This document shows, one piece after another, positions 17,682 to 26,642 of a DNA stretch of 54,250 nucleotides. The translations under genes and the position numbers were made by a program. Position 1 is the stretch's first letter, and every line of letters begins with the position of its first letter. The notes under the pieces are model-generated. The model was not told where the DNA came from. It saw nothing but the letters and a program-made list of their open reading frames with translations, and ran no database searches. Origin of the DNA: Proteobacteria bacterium UBA1148 (GTDB taxonomy: Bacteria > Pseudomonadota > Gammaproteobacteria > Steroidobacterales > Rariloculaceae); the NCBI GenBank assembly GCA_002311835.1, contig DBZY01000013.1, positions 6,664 to 60,913 of the forward strand, in the 5' to 3' direction.

Positions 17682-18611
17682 ATCAAAGAAGAGCGCGTTT
17701 CGTTCTTTAGTGAGGGTGACCGAATCGCGGGAATCCTCCGTCTACCAAACAGTGGGGCGGCCCCACCATGGCCGGCCATTGTCCAGGGTCCCGGATGGTT
17801 GGGTCTAAAGGACGCCAAACTGTACCTCAGATATCACGCGGCTCTTACTGAGGCAGGCTTTGCTGTTCTGATTTTCGACTACCGAGGCTTTGGTGAGTCT
17901 GAGGGGCGAACAGATCTTTTGCGACCACAAGATCAACTTGAAGATCTGATCAACGCCGTGTCGTATCTCATCACGCGTGACGATGTTGATGCTGACAACA
18001 TTGGCGCCTTTGGCTCGGGCGGAACTGGTGGCGGTAATGCGCTAGTGTTGGCAGCGCAGGACCCTCGCGTCTGTTGTGCTGTATCACAGGTTCCAGTGGC
18101 CGATGGAAGAGACTGGCTACATCGAATGCGACGAGAATATGAGTGGCTGGAGTTTCTTGAACGCATCGAGGCAGATAGGGCACGTCGCGTACTCACAGGA
18201 AAAGGTGAGTTAGTCCACCCACGCCAAGAAATTATGGTGCCAACACCAGAACGAAAAAAAACGAACATTAAAAAGGACGTTGACTCAAAGATCCAAGAAG
18301 AGATCCTCCTGCGTAGCGCTGAATATATACTAGATTACAAACCAATAGAGTTGGTTAAAAAAATCGCTCCGCGCGCAGTAATGATCATTGGTGTAGAAAA
18401 TGATGCCACCACACCAACCGATCATGCGATCGCTCTCTATGAGGCAGCGGGTCAGCCAAAAAAGCTGATCTTACAAAGGCACACGACGCACTACGCAGCC
18501 TATGAAAAATACGGTGACACAGTCACACCTGAAATTGTTGATTGGTTCCGCAAACACATGACCCGCGGTAACTTGGATATCCGCCAGGAGGAGAAAAAAA
18601 ATGAAAGTTGA
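17682..18611 (+). CDS. alpha/beta hydrolase (start codon uncertain)
   Basis: The frame is open from 17655. Family-like N-terminal sequence (KEERVSFFSEGDRIAGILRLP...PAIVQGPGWLG) lies upstream of the first canonical start, the TTG at 17799. FDYRGFGESEG and a nucleophile-elbow-like GSGGTGGG are present. ATC at 17682 lies 6 nt after AAGGAAG. Confidence 0.7.
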   Translation: MKEERVSFFSEGDRIAGILRLPNSGAAPPWPAIVQGPGWLGLKDAKLYLRYHAALTEAGFAVLIFDYRGFGESEGRTDLLRPQDQLEDLINAVSYLITRDDVDADNIGAFGSGGTGGGNALVLAAQDPRVCCAVSQVPVADGRDWLHRMRREYEWLEFLERIEADRARRVLTGKGELVHPRQEIMVPTPERKKTNIKKDVDSKIQEEILLRSAEYILDYKPIELVKKIAPRAVMIIGVENDATTPTDHAIALYEAAGQPKKLILQRHTTHYAAYEKYGDTVTPEIVDWFRKHMTRGNLDIRQEEKKNES

Positions 18612-19974
18612 TGTTGCAATAACAGGTGGGCGGGTTTTCTCTGCCAATGGCGGTAAAGATCTCGATGTCCTAATCAACGGTGAAAAAATTACCGCTGTCG
18701 TAGAACCAAATTCCGAAGGAATAGAGGCAACGAAAACCATCGATGCTACTGACCTCTGGGTGCTCCCTGGCATGGTGGACCCACATGTTCATACTCGCGA
18801 GCCCGGACACACTCACAAGGAAGACATCTTGACGTGTAGCCAGGCTTCAGCCGCTGGGGGTGTTACGACTATTTTTGGAATGCCTAACCTAAAGCCGGCT
18901 ACGCTAACGCACAAAGACCTTGTAGATGTCCTAGGACTTTATGCTGAGAAGTGCTTGGTTGACTACAACCATAACCCCGTGCCGACATTAGGTGAGGTTG
19001 ATGCAATGGCGGAGACCGGTATCGCAGCATATAAGGTATACCAAGTCATCGATACCGGACGCGACTATCCTCACCCCTCTGGTACAGGTATCACTGACTC
19101 TGGCCATCTATTACAGATGTTTGAAGCTGTTTCGACAACTGGCAAACGATTTATGGTTCATCCTCACAATCAGGGAGTATGTGATCGGGTCGAACAAAGC
19201 TTCCACAAACGTGGAGACCGCAGCGTCGAAGCCTATGCTAAGACGCTGGCGACACACGATGGGCTCATTTGGGATCTTGCGACAGCAGAGCTCATCCGAA
19301 TGTCCGAAGCAACCAACTGTCCGTTACATCTTGTCCATGTACAAACCTCTCGCGGCGTGGAAATGATTCGACAGGCGAAAGAACGGGGTATTGATGTCAC
19401 AGGTGAGGTAAATCACTGGGCATTATTCCTAGGTAGCTGGGACATCGTTACGAAGCTCGGTCCTTATGCTCTGTCTTACTGGGTGCCAGATCACCACCGG
19501 GAAGCTATCGTCAAAGGTTTACAGGATGGCATCATTGATATGGTGAATTCTGATCATGCCCCACATACCCGTGAAGAAAAGGAGATTGGGTGGACCGACA
19601 TGTGGGCATGTCATACAGGCACACCAGGAATTCAATTCCAATATCCATTGATGATTGATGCCGTACATCGGGGTGAATTCACCATGGAACGAACTATTGA
19701 CCTTTGCTGTGAAGCACCTGCACGAGTTTTTAAACTCGACTCAAAGAAAGGCTCAATATCGGCTGGCCTCGATGCCGATATCGTATTGGTAGACCCAAAT
19801 AAAGAATGGACTATCACAGATGACATTGTGTTATCGAAGATCGGTTGGACCCCTTATAACGGACGAAAGTGTCGTGGGCAGGTACTGCGTACGCTGGTAC
19901 GAGGCACTGACGTCTATCTCGACGGAAAAATCGTAGGTACCCCTGGGCATGGAAAACACGCTACTCCAGATTAG
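18601..19974 (+). CDS. cyclic amidohydrolase (dihydroorotase/allantoinase/dihydropyrimidinase superfamily)
   Basis: 457-aa ORF with metal ligand motifs VDPHVHTREPG, AYKVY (candidate carboxylated Lys), HLVHVQT and NSDHAPH. It overlaps the hydrolase gene by 11 nt. Confidence 0.85.
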   Translation: MKVDVAITGGRVFSANGGKDLDVLINGEKITAVVEPNSEGIEATKTIDATDLWVLPGMVDPHVHTREPGHTHKEDILTCSQASAAGGVTTIFGMPNLKPATLTHKDLVDVLGLYAEKCLVDYNHNPVPTLGEVDAMAETGIAAYKVYQVIDTGRDYPHPSGTGITDSGHLLQMFEAVSTTGKRFMVHPHNQGVCDRVEQSFHKRGDRSVEAYAKTLATHDGLIWDLATAELIRMSEATNCPLHLVHVQTSRGVEMIRQAKERGIDVTGEVNHWALFLGSWDIVTKLGPYALSYWVPDHHREAIVKGLQDGIIDMVNSDHAPHTREEKEIGWTDMWACHTGTPGIQFQYPLMIDAVHRGEFTMERTIDLCCEAPARVFKLDSKKGSISAGLDADIVLVDPNKEWTITDDIVLSKIGWTPYNGRKCRGQVLRTLVRGTDVYLDGKIVGTPGHGKHATPD

Positions 19975-19985
19975 GAAAAAAAATT

Positions 19986-20975
19986 GTGGCAACAAAAATG
20001 AAATTTGGACTGCTTCTCCCTCACTTTGGGGAGTATGCATCAAGCACACGCCTCATTAGAGGTGCTCAGCTAGCAGAAGATCTTGGCTTTGATTCCATAT
20101 GGGTTAGGGATCACCTGGTATTTAAGCCTCACTCAGAAATGGAGAAAGCTGTACCAGTATTTTATGAAGCACTCGCCACATTAACAGCCGTGGGCGCGGT
20201 TACCAACCATATTACGCTAGGTACAGGATCGCTCATTCCGTTTCGCCACCCTCTGAACACTGCTTTAGCTCTCGCAACAATCAGCAATATTGTGGGACCA
20301 CGCCTCATTATAGGTTTTGGTGCCGGCACATTCGATCATGAGTTCGAAGCTATTGGTATGGCAGGAATTCCTCGTCCAGAACTAGTGGAATCAAACGCCA
20401 ATATTTTTAAGCGTATCTTTAATGAAAATAATGTTTCGTACAAAGATGATTACTACCAGTTTGAAAATATTTCCATCGAACCAAAACCACTTGGACCAGT
20501 GCCGTTTTGGTATTGTGGTGGCACTCCAAGATCTGCCCGTTTAGCGGTAAAATATGCAGATGGTTGGATGCCCGGCCGTATCACACTCGCAACAATCGAA
20601 AAGCGTGTTGAGGTAATGACCAAACTCTCATCAGAAGCGGGACGATCACTTCCAACCGTTGGTGTTATCCCACCAACATCTATAGCAAAATCACGTGAAG
20701 AAGCATTTGATGGACTCAACGTAGACGGTTTGCTCAAGTGGGCGAATGACCGAGGAAAGTGGTGGGTAAAACCACCTTCAGGGCGTTTCGAAACGGCTGA
20801 AGATATTGAGGGCTCACTCATCGCAGGCTCGCCTTCCGAAGTTGTTGAACAAACGAAAAAATTTGAAAAAGTTGGGGTCGAACACCTAGTTTTCGATTTG
20901 CGCCTTCGTTTTGACCGCTGGTTTGAGTCCATAGAACTGCTGGGAACACAGGTGCTACCACACCTCCGTGAGTGA
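19986..20975 (+). CDS. luciferase-like (LLM class) flavin/deazaflavin-dependent oxidoreductase, possibly F420-dependent
   Basis: 329-aa ORF. The N-terminus MKFGLLLPHFG...AEDLGFDSIWVRDHL is typical of LLM TIM-barrels. Cofactor type cannot be decided by eye. ATG at 19998 is an alternative start. Confidence 0.75.
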   Translation: MATKMKFGLLLPHFGEYASSTRLIRGAQLAEDLGFDSIWVRDHLVFKPHSEMEKAVPVFYEALATLTAVGAVTNHITLGTGSLIPFRHPLNTALALATISNIVGPRLIIGFGAGTFDHEFEAIGMAGIPRPELVESNANIFKRIFNENNVSYKDDYYQFENISIEPKPLGPVPFWYCGGTPRSARLAVKYADGWMPGRITLATIEKRVEVMTKLSSEAGRSLPTVGVIPPTSIAKSREEAFDGLNVDGLLKWANDRGKWWVKPPSGRFETAEDIEGSLIAGSPSEVVEQTKKFEKVGVEHLVFDLRLRFDRWFESIELLGTQVLPHLRE

Positions 20976-21640
20976 CTGTAGATAATGCCGTGACAACCAT
21001 AGCGGACAAGGTTTCTCGTCAACTGGCAGAAGAAATCATATCTGGGGTCATCTCACCGGGCCAAAAATTAGAAGAGCAAAATCTAGCCGAAAAGTTTAGC
21101 GTTTCGCGCTCACCAATTCGCGATGCACTGCGGCAACTTAGCGGAACAGGCCTAGTCGATATCAAGCCGAATCATAGTGTTACTGTCGTCGACCTCAAAG
21201 TGGATCAGTTGCACGATATGTACGAAGCGCTTGGCGAATTAGAAGCACTTTGTGCAAAATTCTGCGCCCAAAGAATGACGACTGTTGAGCGCAAACAACT
21301 CGAAGAGCTACATCAAAGATCGGCGATAGCAGTCAGGAAAAAAAGCAAAAAAACCTACGCAGATCTAAACGATCAATTTCACGACATGCTCCATCAAGGA
21401 TCCCATAATAAGAGTTTGCACAGCATCTCTGGAGAGTTGCGGCGGCGGCTTGCACCATTTCGCAGACCTACATTTTTTCGCGGGACAAAACGTCTCAAAG
21501 ACTCATGGGATGAACATGACAATGTTGTAAATGCAGTTCTAGCAGCAGATGCCAAACGCGCGCACGCAGAGATGGGAAGACATTTAGTGAACTCTAGTTT
21601 AAACGTTATCTCATATATCGAAGAAACCCGAGACTCATAA
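20972..21640 (+). CDS. GntR family transcriptional regulator (FadR/FCD subfamily)
   Basis: 222-aa ORF with an N-terminal winged-helix pattern (LEEQNLAEKFSVSRSPIRDALRQL) and a helical C-terminal FCD-like domain. GTGA overlap with the preceding LLM gene. Confidence 0.85.
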   Translation: MTVDNAVTTIADKVSRQLAEEIISGVISPGQKLEEQNLAEKFSVSRSPIRDALRQLSGTGLVDIKPNHSVTVVDLKVDQLHDMYEALGELEALCAKFCAQRMTTVERKQLEELHQRSAIAVRKKSKKTYADLNDQFHDMLHQGSHNKSLHSISGELRRRLAPFRRPTFFRGTKRLKDSWDEHDNVVNAVLAADAKRAHAEMGRHLVNSSLNVISYIEETRDS

Positions 21641-21653
21641 AGGTAAACTTTAT

Positions 21654-22658
21654 ATGCTCAAACTTGGATACAAAGCCTCCGCCGAACAATTCGGACCCAG
21701 TGAACTACTATCCTATACACTTTTAGCAGAGGAACAGGGTTTCGACTCGGCCTTTGTGAGCGATCACTTTCAACCATGGCGTCACAATGGCGGACATGCC
21801 CCATTTGCCCTCGCTTGGCTAGGTGCGGCCGGTGCTAAAACCTCACGCATCGTGCTCGGAACCAGCGTTCTTACACCAACCTTTAGATATCACCCCTCCA
21901 TCATTGCTCAGTGCTTTGGGACGTTGGGATCGATGTTCCCCGGCCGTATCATTCTAGGCATTGGTACGGGGGAGTCATTGAATGAGGTGCCAGCTTGCGG
22001 AGTCGAGTGGCCGGCAATTAAGGAGCGCTTTGCACGATTACGTGAAGCAGTCAGATTGATACATACGCTCTGGTCAGAGGAACGAGTTAGTTTCGACGGC
22101 GAGTTTTATACCACAGAGAATGCCACTATCTATGATCGACCCGACCAAGCACCACCAATCTATATTGCGGGTGCCGGTCCTATGATCGCAAAGTTCGCTG
22201 GTCGGACGGCCGATGGTTTCATTTGTACCAGTGGTAAGCCAACAGAGCTTTATAGCGAAAAACTCCTACCTAATGTATCAGCAGGCCTTGAAGCAGCGGG
22301 CCGGAGACCCGAAGATGTCGAACTCACAATTGAGCTCAAAGTCTCGTTCGATACCGATGGAAAAAAAGCACTCGAAGATACGCGCCATTGGGCGGTACTT
22401 GCTTTATCGCCAGAAGAAAAAATGTCGGTTAAGGATCCTTTGGAGATGGAACGCCTTGCCGACAGCTTACCTCTAGAACGTGCGGCATCACGGTGGATTG
22501 TTTCTACAGATCCCGATGAGCATATTGAGAAAATTCGCCCCTACATAGATCTCGGGTTTCGCCATCTCATATTCCACGCACCAGGACCGGATCAGGAGCG
22601 TTTTATCCGCCTCTATGCCGAAACCGTGCTCCCTAAGCTTCGAGACGCATTCAATTAA
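21654..22658 (+). CDS. fgd: F420-dependent glucose-6-phosphate dehydrogenase
   Basis: 334-aa ORF. From memory it is collinear with mycobacterial Fgd1 over the full length: KLGYKASAEQF, SDHFQPWRHNGGHAPF, LGTSVLTPTFRYHP, GTGESLNE, ERFARLRE, DGFICTSGK, RWIVS.DPDE and HLIFHAPG. Confidence 0.85.
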   Translation: MLKLGYKASAEQFGPSELLSYTLLAEEQGFDSAFVSDHFQPWRHNGGHAPFALAWLGAAGAKTSRIVLGTSVLTPTFRYHPSIIAQCFGTLGSMFPGRIILGIGTGESLNEVPACGVEWPAIKERFARLREAVRLIHTLWSEERVSFDGEFYTTENATIYDRPDQAPPIYIAGAGPMIAKFAGRTADGFICTSGKPTELYSEKLLPNVSAGLEAAGRRPEDVELTIELKVSFDTDGKKALEDTRHWAVLALSPEEKMSVKDPLEMERLADSLPLERAASRWIVSTDPDEHIEKIRPYIDLGFRHLIFHAPGPDQERFIRLYAETVLPKLRDAFN

Positions 22659-22669
22659 GGATCATTCCT

Positions 22670-23698
22670 TTGCTTGATTCCGACCCAAAGCTCAAATCAT
22701 CCTCTGAGACGCGTCCAACTTCGGTAATCGCTCTCACAGGTGGAGTCGGCGGTGCAAAACTTGCATTAGGCCTTCATCGTATTCTTGCTCCTGGGGATTT
22801 CATGATAATTTGCAACACAGGTGATGACTTTTATCATCTAGGTCTCGAGATATCCCCAGATATAGACACAGTCCTTTACACACTCTCAGGATTAGCAGAT
22901 CCGTCCCGAGGCTGGGGACGCCGTGACGAGACATGGAATTTCATGGCAGCTCTCGAAGAAATTGGTGGTCATACCTGGTTTCAGCTTGGTGATCAGGATT
23001 TAGCTACTCACATTGAGCGTACAAAACGACTCACAGAAGGCGAAACTTTGTCAGCTGTCACCGATTATTTTCGGCAACAACTTGGAATCGCCACACGTAT
23101 TGTGCCCATGAGTGATGATCCTGTCCGGACACGGCTACGCACTACAATGGGCTGGATTGATTTTCAGGATTACTTCGTACGCCAAAACTGTAAGCCGTCG
23201 GTAAGGGAAATAGCATTCGATAACGTAGAAACGGCGCGTATAGCCCCAGCTATCCTACCCGCTTTAAGTGACCCACACCTTCGTGCCGTTGTTATTTGTC
23301 CATCGAACCCGCTCATCAGCGTTGAGCCCATCTTAGCTGTGCCCGGCATGCGCAGAGCGTTACGTTCCTGCACTGCACCCGTAATTGGCATCTCTCCCAT
23401 CATTAATGGTCAAGCCGTCCGAGGGCCAGCAGCTAAGCTGATGGAAGAACTCGGGTTTGAACCGAGCGCTTCAGCGGTCGCACAACGTTATACCGACGTG
23501 ATTGACACCTGGATCGTTGATGAATCGGATGCAGACGCGCGCGTACCTACGGGCGTCGAAAAAGTCGTTACCGAGACATTAATGATCACTATAAAAGATC
23601 GTGAGAAACTCGCTCAGAAGGTGCTTGCCGTAGCCCAACAACGAGGCCGAGAAGAATCAAGTGTAACTATGACATCGAATGTGATGAGTGATGACTAA
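22670..23698 (+). CDS. cofD: 2-phospho-L-lactate (or analogous phospho-donor) transferase, CofD/FbiA
   Basis: 342-aa ORF with VIALTGGVGGAKLALGL near the N-terminus and ICNTGDDF, both typical of CofD. TTG start in the ORF track. Confidence 0.85.
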   Translation: MLDSDPKLKSSSETRPTSVIALTGGVGGAKLALGLHRILAPGDFMIICNTGDDFYHLGLEISPDIDTVLYTLSGLADPSRGWGRRDETWNFMAALEEIGGHTWFQLGDQDLATHIERTKRLTEGETLSAVTDYFRQQLGIATRIVPMSDDPVRTRLRTTMGWIDFQDYFVRQNCKPSVREIAFDNVETARIAPAILPALSDPHLRAVVICPSNPLISVEPILAVPGMRRALRSCTAPVIGISPIINGQAVRGPAAKLMEELGFEPSASAVAQRYTDVIDTWIVDESDADARVPTGVEKVVTETLMITIKDREKLAQKVLAVAQQRGREESSVTMTSNVMSDD

Positions 23699-24434
23699 TA
23701 CCCCACAACTCAACCTAAAAAATACTGAAGTGAAAATCTATTCTGACGTGGATCTCCTGGCACATGCAGCTGCAACCCTGCTGTGCAATCGCCTATCTTC
23801 TACAAAAGGTGATATAGCGGTATCACTTGCGGGCGGCTCAACCCCAAAGCGGCTCTACGAACTTCTTGCGAGTCCAACTTATCTTGAACAGATACCCTGG
23901 AAACGCGTCCACTGGTTTTGGGGCGATGAACGATTCGTTCCGCCAGACGACCCACAAAGCAACTTCTCCATGTTCAAGACCACTGTGCTATCCCGCGCAC
24001 CCGTTCCAGCAACCAATATTCACCCTATCCCAACCATTGGGCTCACACCAGAAATAGCAGCCGATGTTTATGCTCAAGAGTTACAACGGTTTCATGGGGA
24101 AAAGGTGCTCTCAGCTAAAAACCCATTATTCGGTGTAGTTATCCTCGGGCTGGGGGAAGACGGCCACACGGCATCTCTGTTCCCTGGTTCGCCTGCCCTG
24201 AAAGAACGTTCGCGCTGGGCGACGTGCGCGAATCTGGATCAGGCCGTACCACGAATCACTCTAACCTACCCCGCCCTAGAGTCTTGCCATGATTGTTTAT
24301 TTCTCGTTACAGGATCAGCTAAAAGAACCATTCTAAGATCTATTTTTCGTGGCGATGTTTTTCCCGCAACGCGTCTAAAACCGCAAGGTCGATGCACTTG
24401 GCTCTTAGATCAAGCGGCTGCGCCCGACGGCTAG
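23688..24434 (+). CDS. pgl: 6-phosphogluconolactonase
   Basis: 248-aa ORF with the motifs LAGGSTPKRLYELL, WGDERFVP and LGLGEDGHTASLFPG. It overlaps cofD by 11 nt. Confidence 0.9.
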   Translation: MMTNTPQLNLKNTEVKIYSDVDLLAHAAATLLCNRLSSTKGDIAVSLAGGSTPKRLYELLASPTYLEQIPWKRVHWFWGDERFVPPDDPQSNFSMFKTTVLSRAPVPATNIHPIPTIGLTPEIAADVYAQELQRFHGEKVLSAKNPLFGVVILGLGEDGHTASLFPGSPALKERSRWATCANLDQAVPRITLTYPALESCHDCLFLVTGSAKRTILRSIFRGDVFPATRLKPQGRCTWLLDQAAAPDG

Positions 24435-24448
24435 GAATTCTTTACACC

Positions 24449-26017
24449 CTAAATTTTTTGTTGTGGCCTCATAGGATTCGGCCAGTCTGTGTGGAATGAC
24501 TGCCCCCGCGGAGCGTCTGTGCGCTCATATGTATGAGCACCAAAGTAGTCGCGTTGAGCCTGCAGCAAATTCGCGGGTAAGGTAGCACTACGATAGCCAT
24601 CGAAGTAGGCCAAAGCAGCCATGAAAGCCGGGCAAGACACTCCCGCCTCGGCGGCTAGACTCACAACTTTACGCCAACCACTTTGTCTCTCCTTCAATTG
24701 CCCTGTGAAATAAGGATCTAATATCAGATTACTTAGATCGTCTTGCTTCTGATAAGCCTCAGTGATCTTTTGCAAGAATCTGGCCCGAATGATGCAACCG
24801 CCACGAAATATTTTAGCCAAATTAGCAAAATTGAGATTCCAACCATACTCCTTTGCTGCTTCCCCCATCAGAGCAAAGCCCTGTGCATATGCACAAATCT
24901 TTGAACAATAAAGTGCATCGCGAACAGCAGCAATCAGAAGCTCCTTCTGCTCGCCGGTAACCGGAGGCAATTTTGGATTATCGAACAATTTGCTCGCGGT
25001 AACGCGTTCATCTTTTTGTGCCGATAGACAGCGGGCAAATACGGCCTCTGCCATGGCGCTGGCGGGACTACCCAGATCTAACGCAGACTGACTACTCCAT
25101 TTCCCAGTACCCTTCTGACCAGCTGCATCAAGTATTCTATCAACCAAGAAATGATCCTCGTCTCCATAATCTCGCTGCTGAAGAATGTCAGCAGTGATCT
25201 CTATAAGAAAAGAATTAAGTTCACCTTCGTTCCACCCTCTAAAGGTCACGCTCATCTCATCTGGACTCATTTGGAGCAACTCTTTCATAAGTTGAAATGC
25301 TTCACATATGAGTTGCATGTCAACGTACTCAATACCGTTATGAACCATCTTCACGTAATGACCCGCGCCGTCCGCACCAACATAGGTCGTACAAGCTTCT
25401 CCATCTGTAACTGGTTCACCGGGTTGAGCTCCCTCAATAGGCTGACCGGTGTCACTGTCAACCTTTGCAGCGATAGCTACCCAAATCGGTTCGAGCAATG
25501 CCCAAGCTTCCTTACTACCACCGGGCATTAGACTTGGCCCGAAGCGGGCGCCCAATTCACCTCCCGAAACTCCAGACCCAATAAAATGGATGCCTTTCCC
25601 GGCAAGCTCCTTCTCACGGCAAACAGTATCGCTCCAAAGTGCATTGCCACCGTCGATGAGTACGTCCCCCTCATCTAGCAAAGGCAAGACAGCCTGGATA
25701 ATCGCCTCGGTAGCGGCACCGGCCTGCACTAACATCACCACTTTACGAGGGCGTTTGAGGCTTTCAATGAAACTATCAAGCGTCTCAAAAGCACTCACGT
25801 TGCTACCACAAGGTTCGACTGCACACCGCTCCATGAAGGATTTGGTTCGTGCATACGTGCGATTGAAGACAGCCACCCTAAAACCGTGATCCACCATATT
25901 TAGGACCAAATTCTGACCCATTACTGCTAGGCCAATAAGGCCAACATCACAGTTGGGTCGCATGCTAGAGAGCTTACTCACCTGAACGAGTATACTTTCA
26001 ATCCGCTCTTCGCTCAT
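24449..26017 (-). CDS. gnd: NADP-dependent 6-phosphogluconate dehydrogenase (decarboxylating)
   Basis: 522-aa ORF with [38 protein letters not shown] and [14 protein letters not shown] at 25963 ([11 protein letters not shown]...) is a plausible shorter start. Confidence 0.9.
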   Translation of the reverse strand: MSEERIESILVQVSKLSSMRPNCDVGLIGLAVMGQNLVLNMVDHGFRVAVFNRTYARTKSFMERCAVEPCGSNVSAFETLDSFIESLKRPRKVVMLVQAGAATEAIIQAVLPLLDEGDVLIDGGNALWSDTVCREKELAGKGIHFIGSGVSGGELGARFGPSLMPGGSKEAWALLEPIWVAIAAKVDSDTGQPIEGAQPGEPVTDGEACTTYVGADGAGHYVKMVHNGIEYVDMQLICEAFQLMKELLQMSPDEMSVTFRGWNEGELNSFLIEITADILQQRDYGDEDHFLVDRILDAAGQKGTGKWSSQSALDLGSPASAMAEAVFARCLSAQKDERVTASKLFDNPKLPPVTGEQKELLIAAVRDALYCSKICAYAQGFALMGEAAKEYGWNLNFANLAKIFRGGCIIRARFLQKITEAYQKQDDLSNLILDPYFTGQLKERQSGWRKVVSLAAEAGVSCPAFMAALAYFDGYRSATLPANLLQAQRDYFGAHTYERTDAPRGQSFHTDWPNPMRPQQKI

Positions 26018-26028
26018 GGATAACTTAC

Positions 26029-26583
26029 ATGACGACTATATTGGGACTCTCAGGAAGCTTGCGGTCAAGATCATTCAACACTGCGTTGCTGACTGCAGCC
26101 GCCGAAATGATGCCAGCAGAAATCCAATTAGAAATAACAACCATTCAGGGAATTCCTCTCTATAACGAGGATGTAGAAAGTATGGAAGGCGAGCCCAAGT
26201 CGGTCACAGTTTTAAAACGTCAGATCTCTGACGCCGATGGATTATTGATCTCAACACCGGAGTACAACCACTCAATACCCGGTGTGGCAAAAAATGCTAT
26301 TGACTGGCTTTCACGACCCTTGTCAGATATCCCTCGTATTTTTGGTGCCCGACCAATCGCGATCATGGGTGCAGCGATGAGTAATTTCGGTACCATTCAA
26401 GCACAACGTGCTTGGTTACCTGTATTAAAAGCGCTCGGAGCTCAAGTATGGACTGGTGGGCGACTGCTCGTAAGCGAGGCACATACCGTATTTGATACAT
26501 CCGGTAACCTAGTAAATACACAGGTGGAAGAAGAGCTACGTGTATTTATCGAGGGGTTTGCAAACCACGTCGCAAACAACTAA
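26029..26583 (+). CDS. NAD(P)H-dependent FMN reductase family protein
   Basis: 184-aa ORF with [14 protein letters not shown] and [19 protein letters not shown], typical of the flavodoxin-like FMN reductase family. Confidence 0.8.
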   Translation: MTTILGLSGSLRSRSFNTALLTAAAEMMPAEIQLEITTIQGIPLYNEDVESMEGEPKSVTVLKRQISDADGLLISTPEYNHSIPGVAKNAIDWLSRPLSDIPRIFGARPIAIMGAAMSNFGTIQAQRAWLPVLKALGAQVWTGGRLLVSEAHTVFDTSGNLVNTQVEEELRVFIEGFANHVANN

Positions 26584-26642
26584 TGAAGCGCACATGATCA
26601 CCGATATTAGCTAGCGATAGCGAGCTTTGGCGGACCGACGCG

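Noticed and set aside
20453-21022. 189-aa minus-strand ORF, plus a 63-aa ORF at 20818..21009, antisense to the LLM oxidoreductase gene.
   Set aside because: It lies entirely opposite a CDS with strong family motifs. The translated sequence is low-complexity (Ser/Arg/Pro-rich) with no recognisable motif or RBS. This is a typical shadow ORF.
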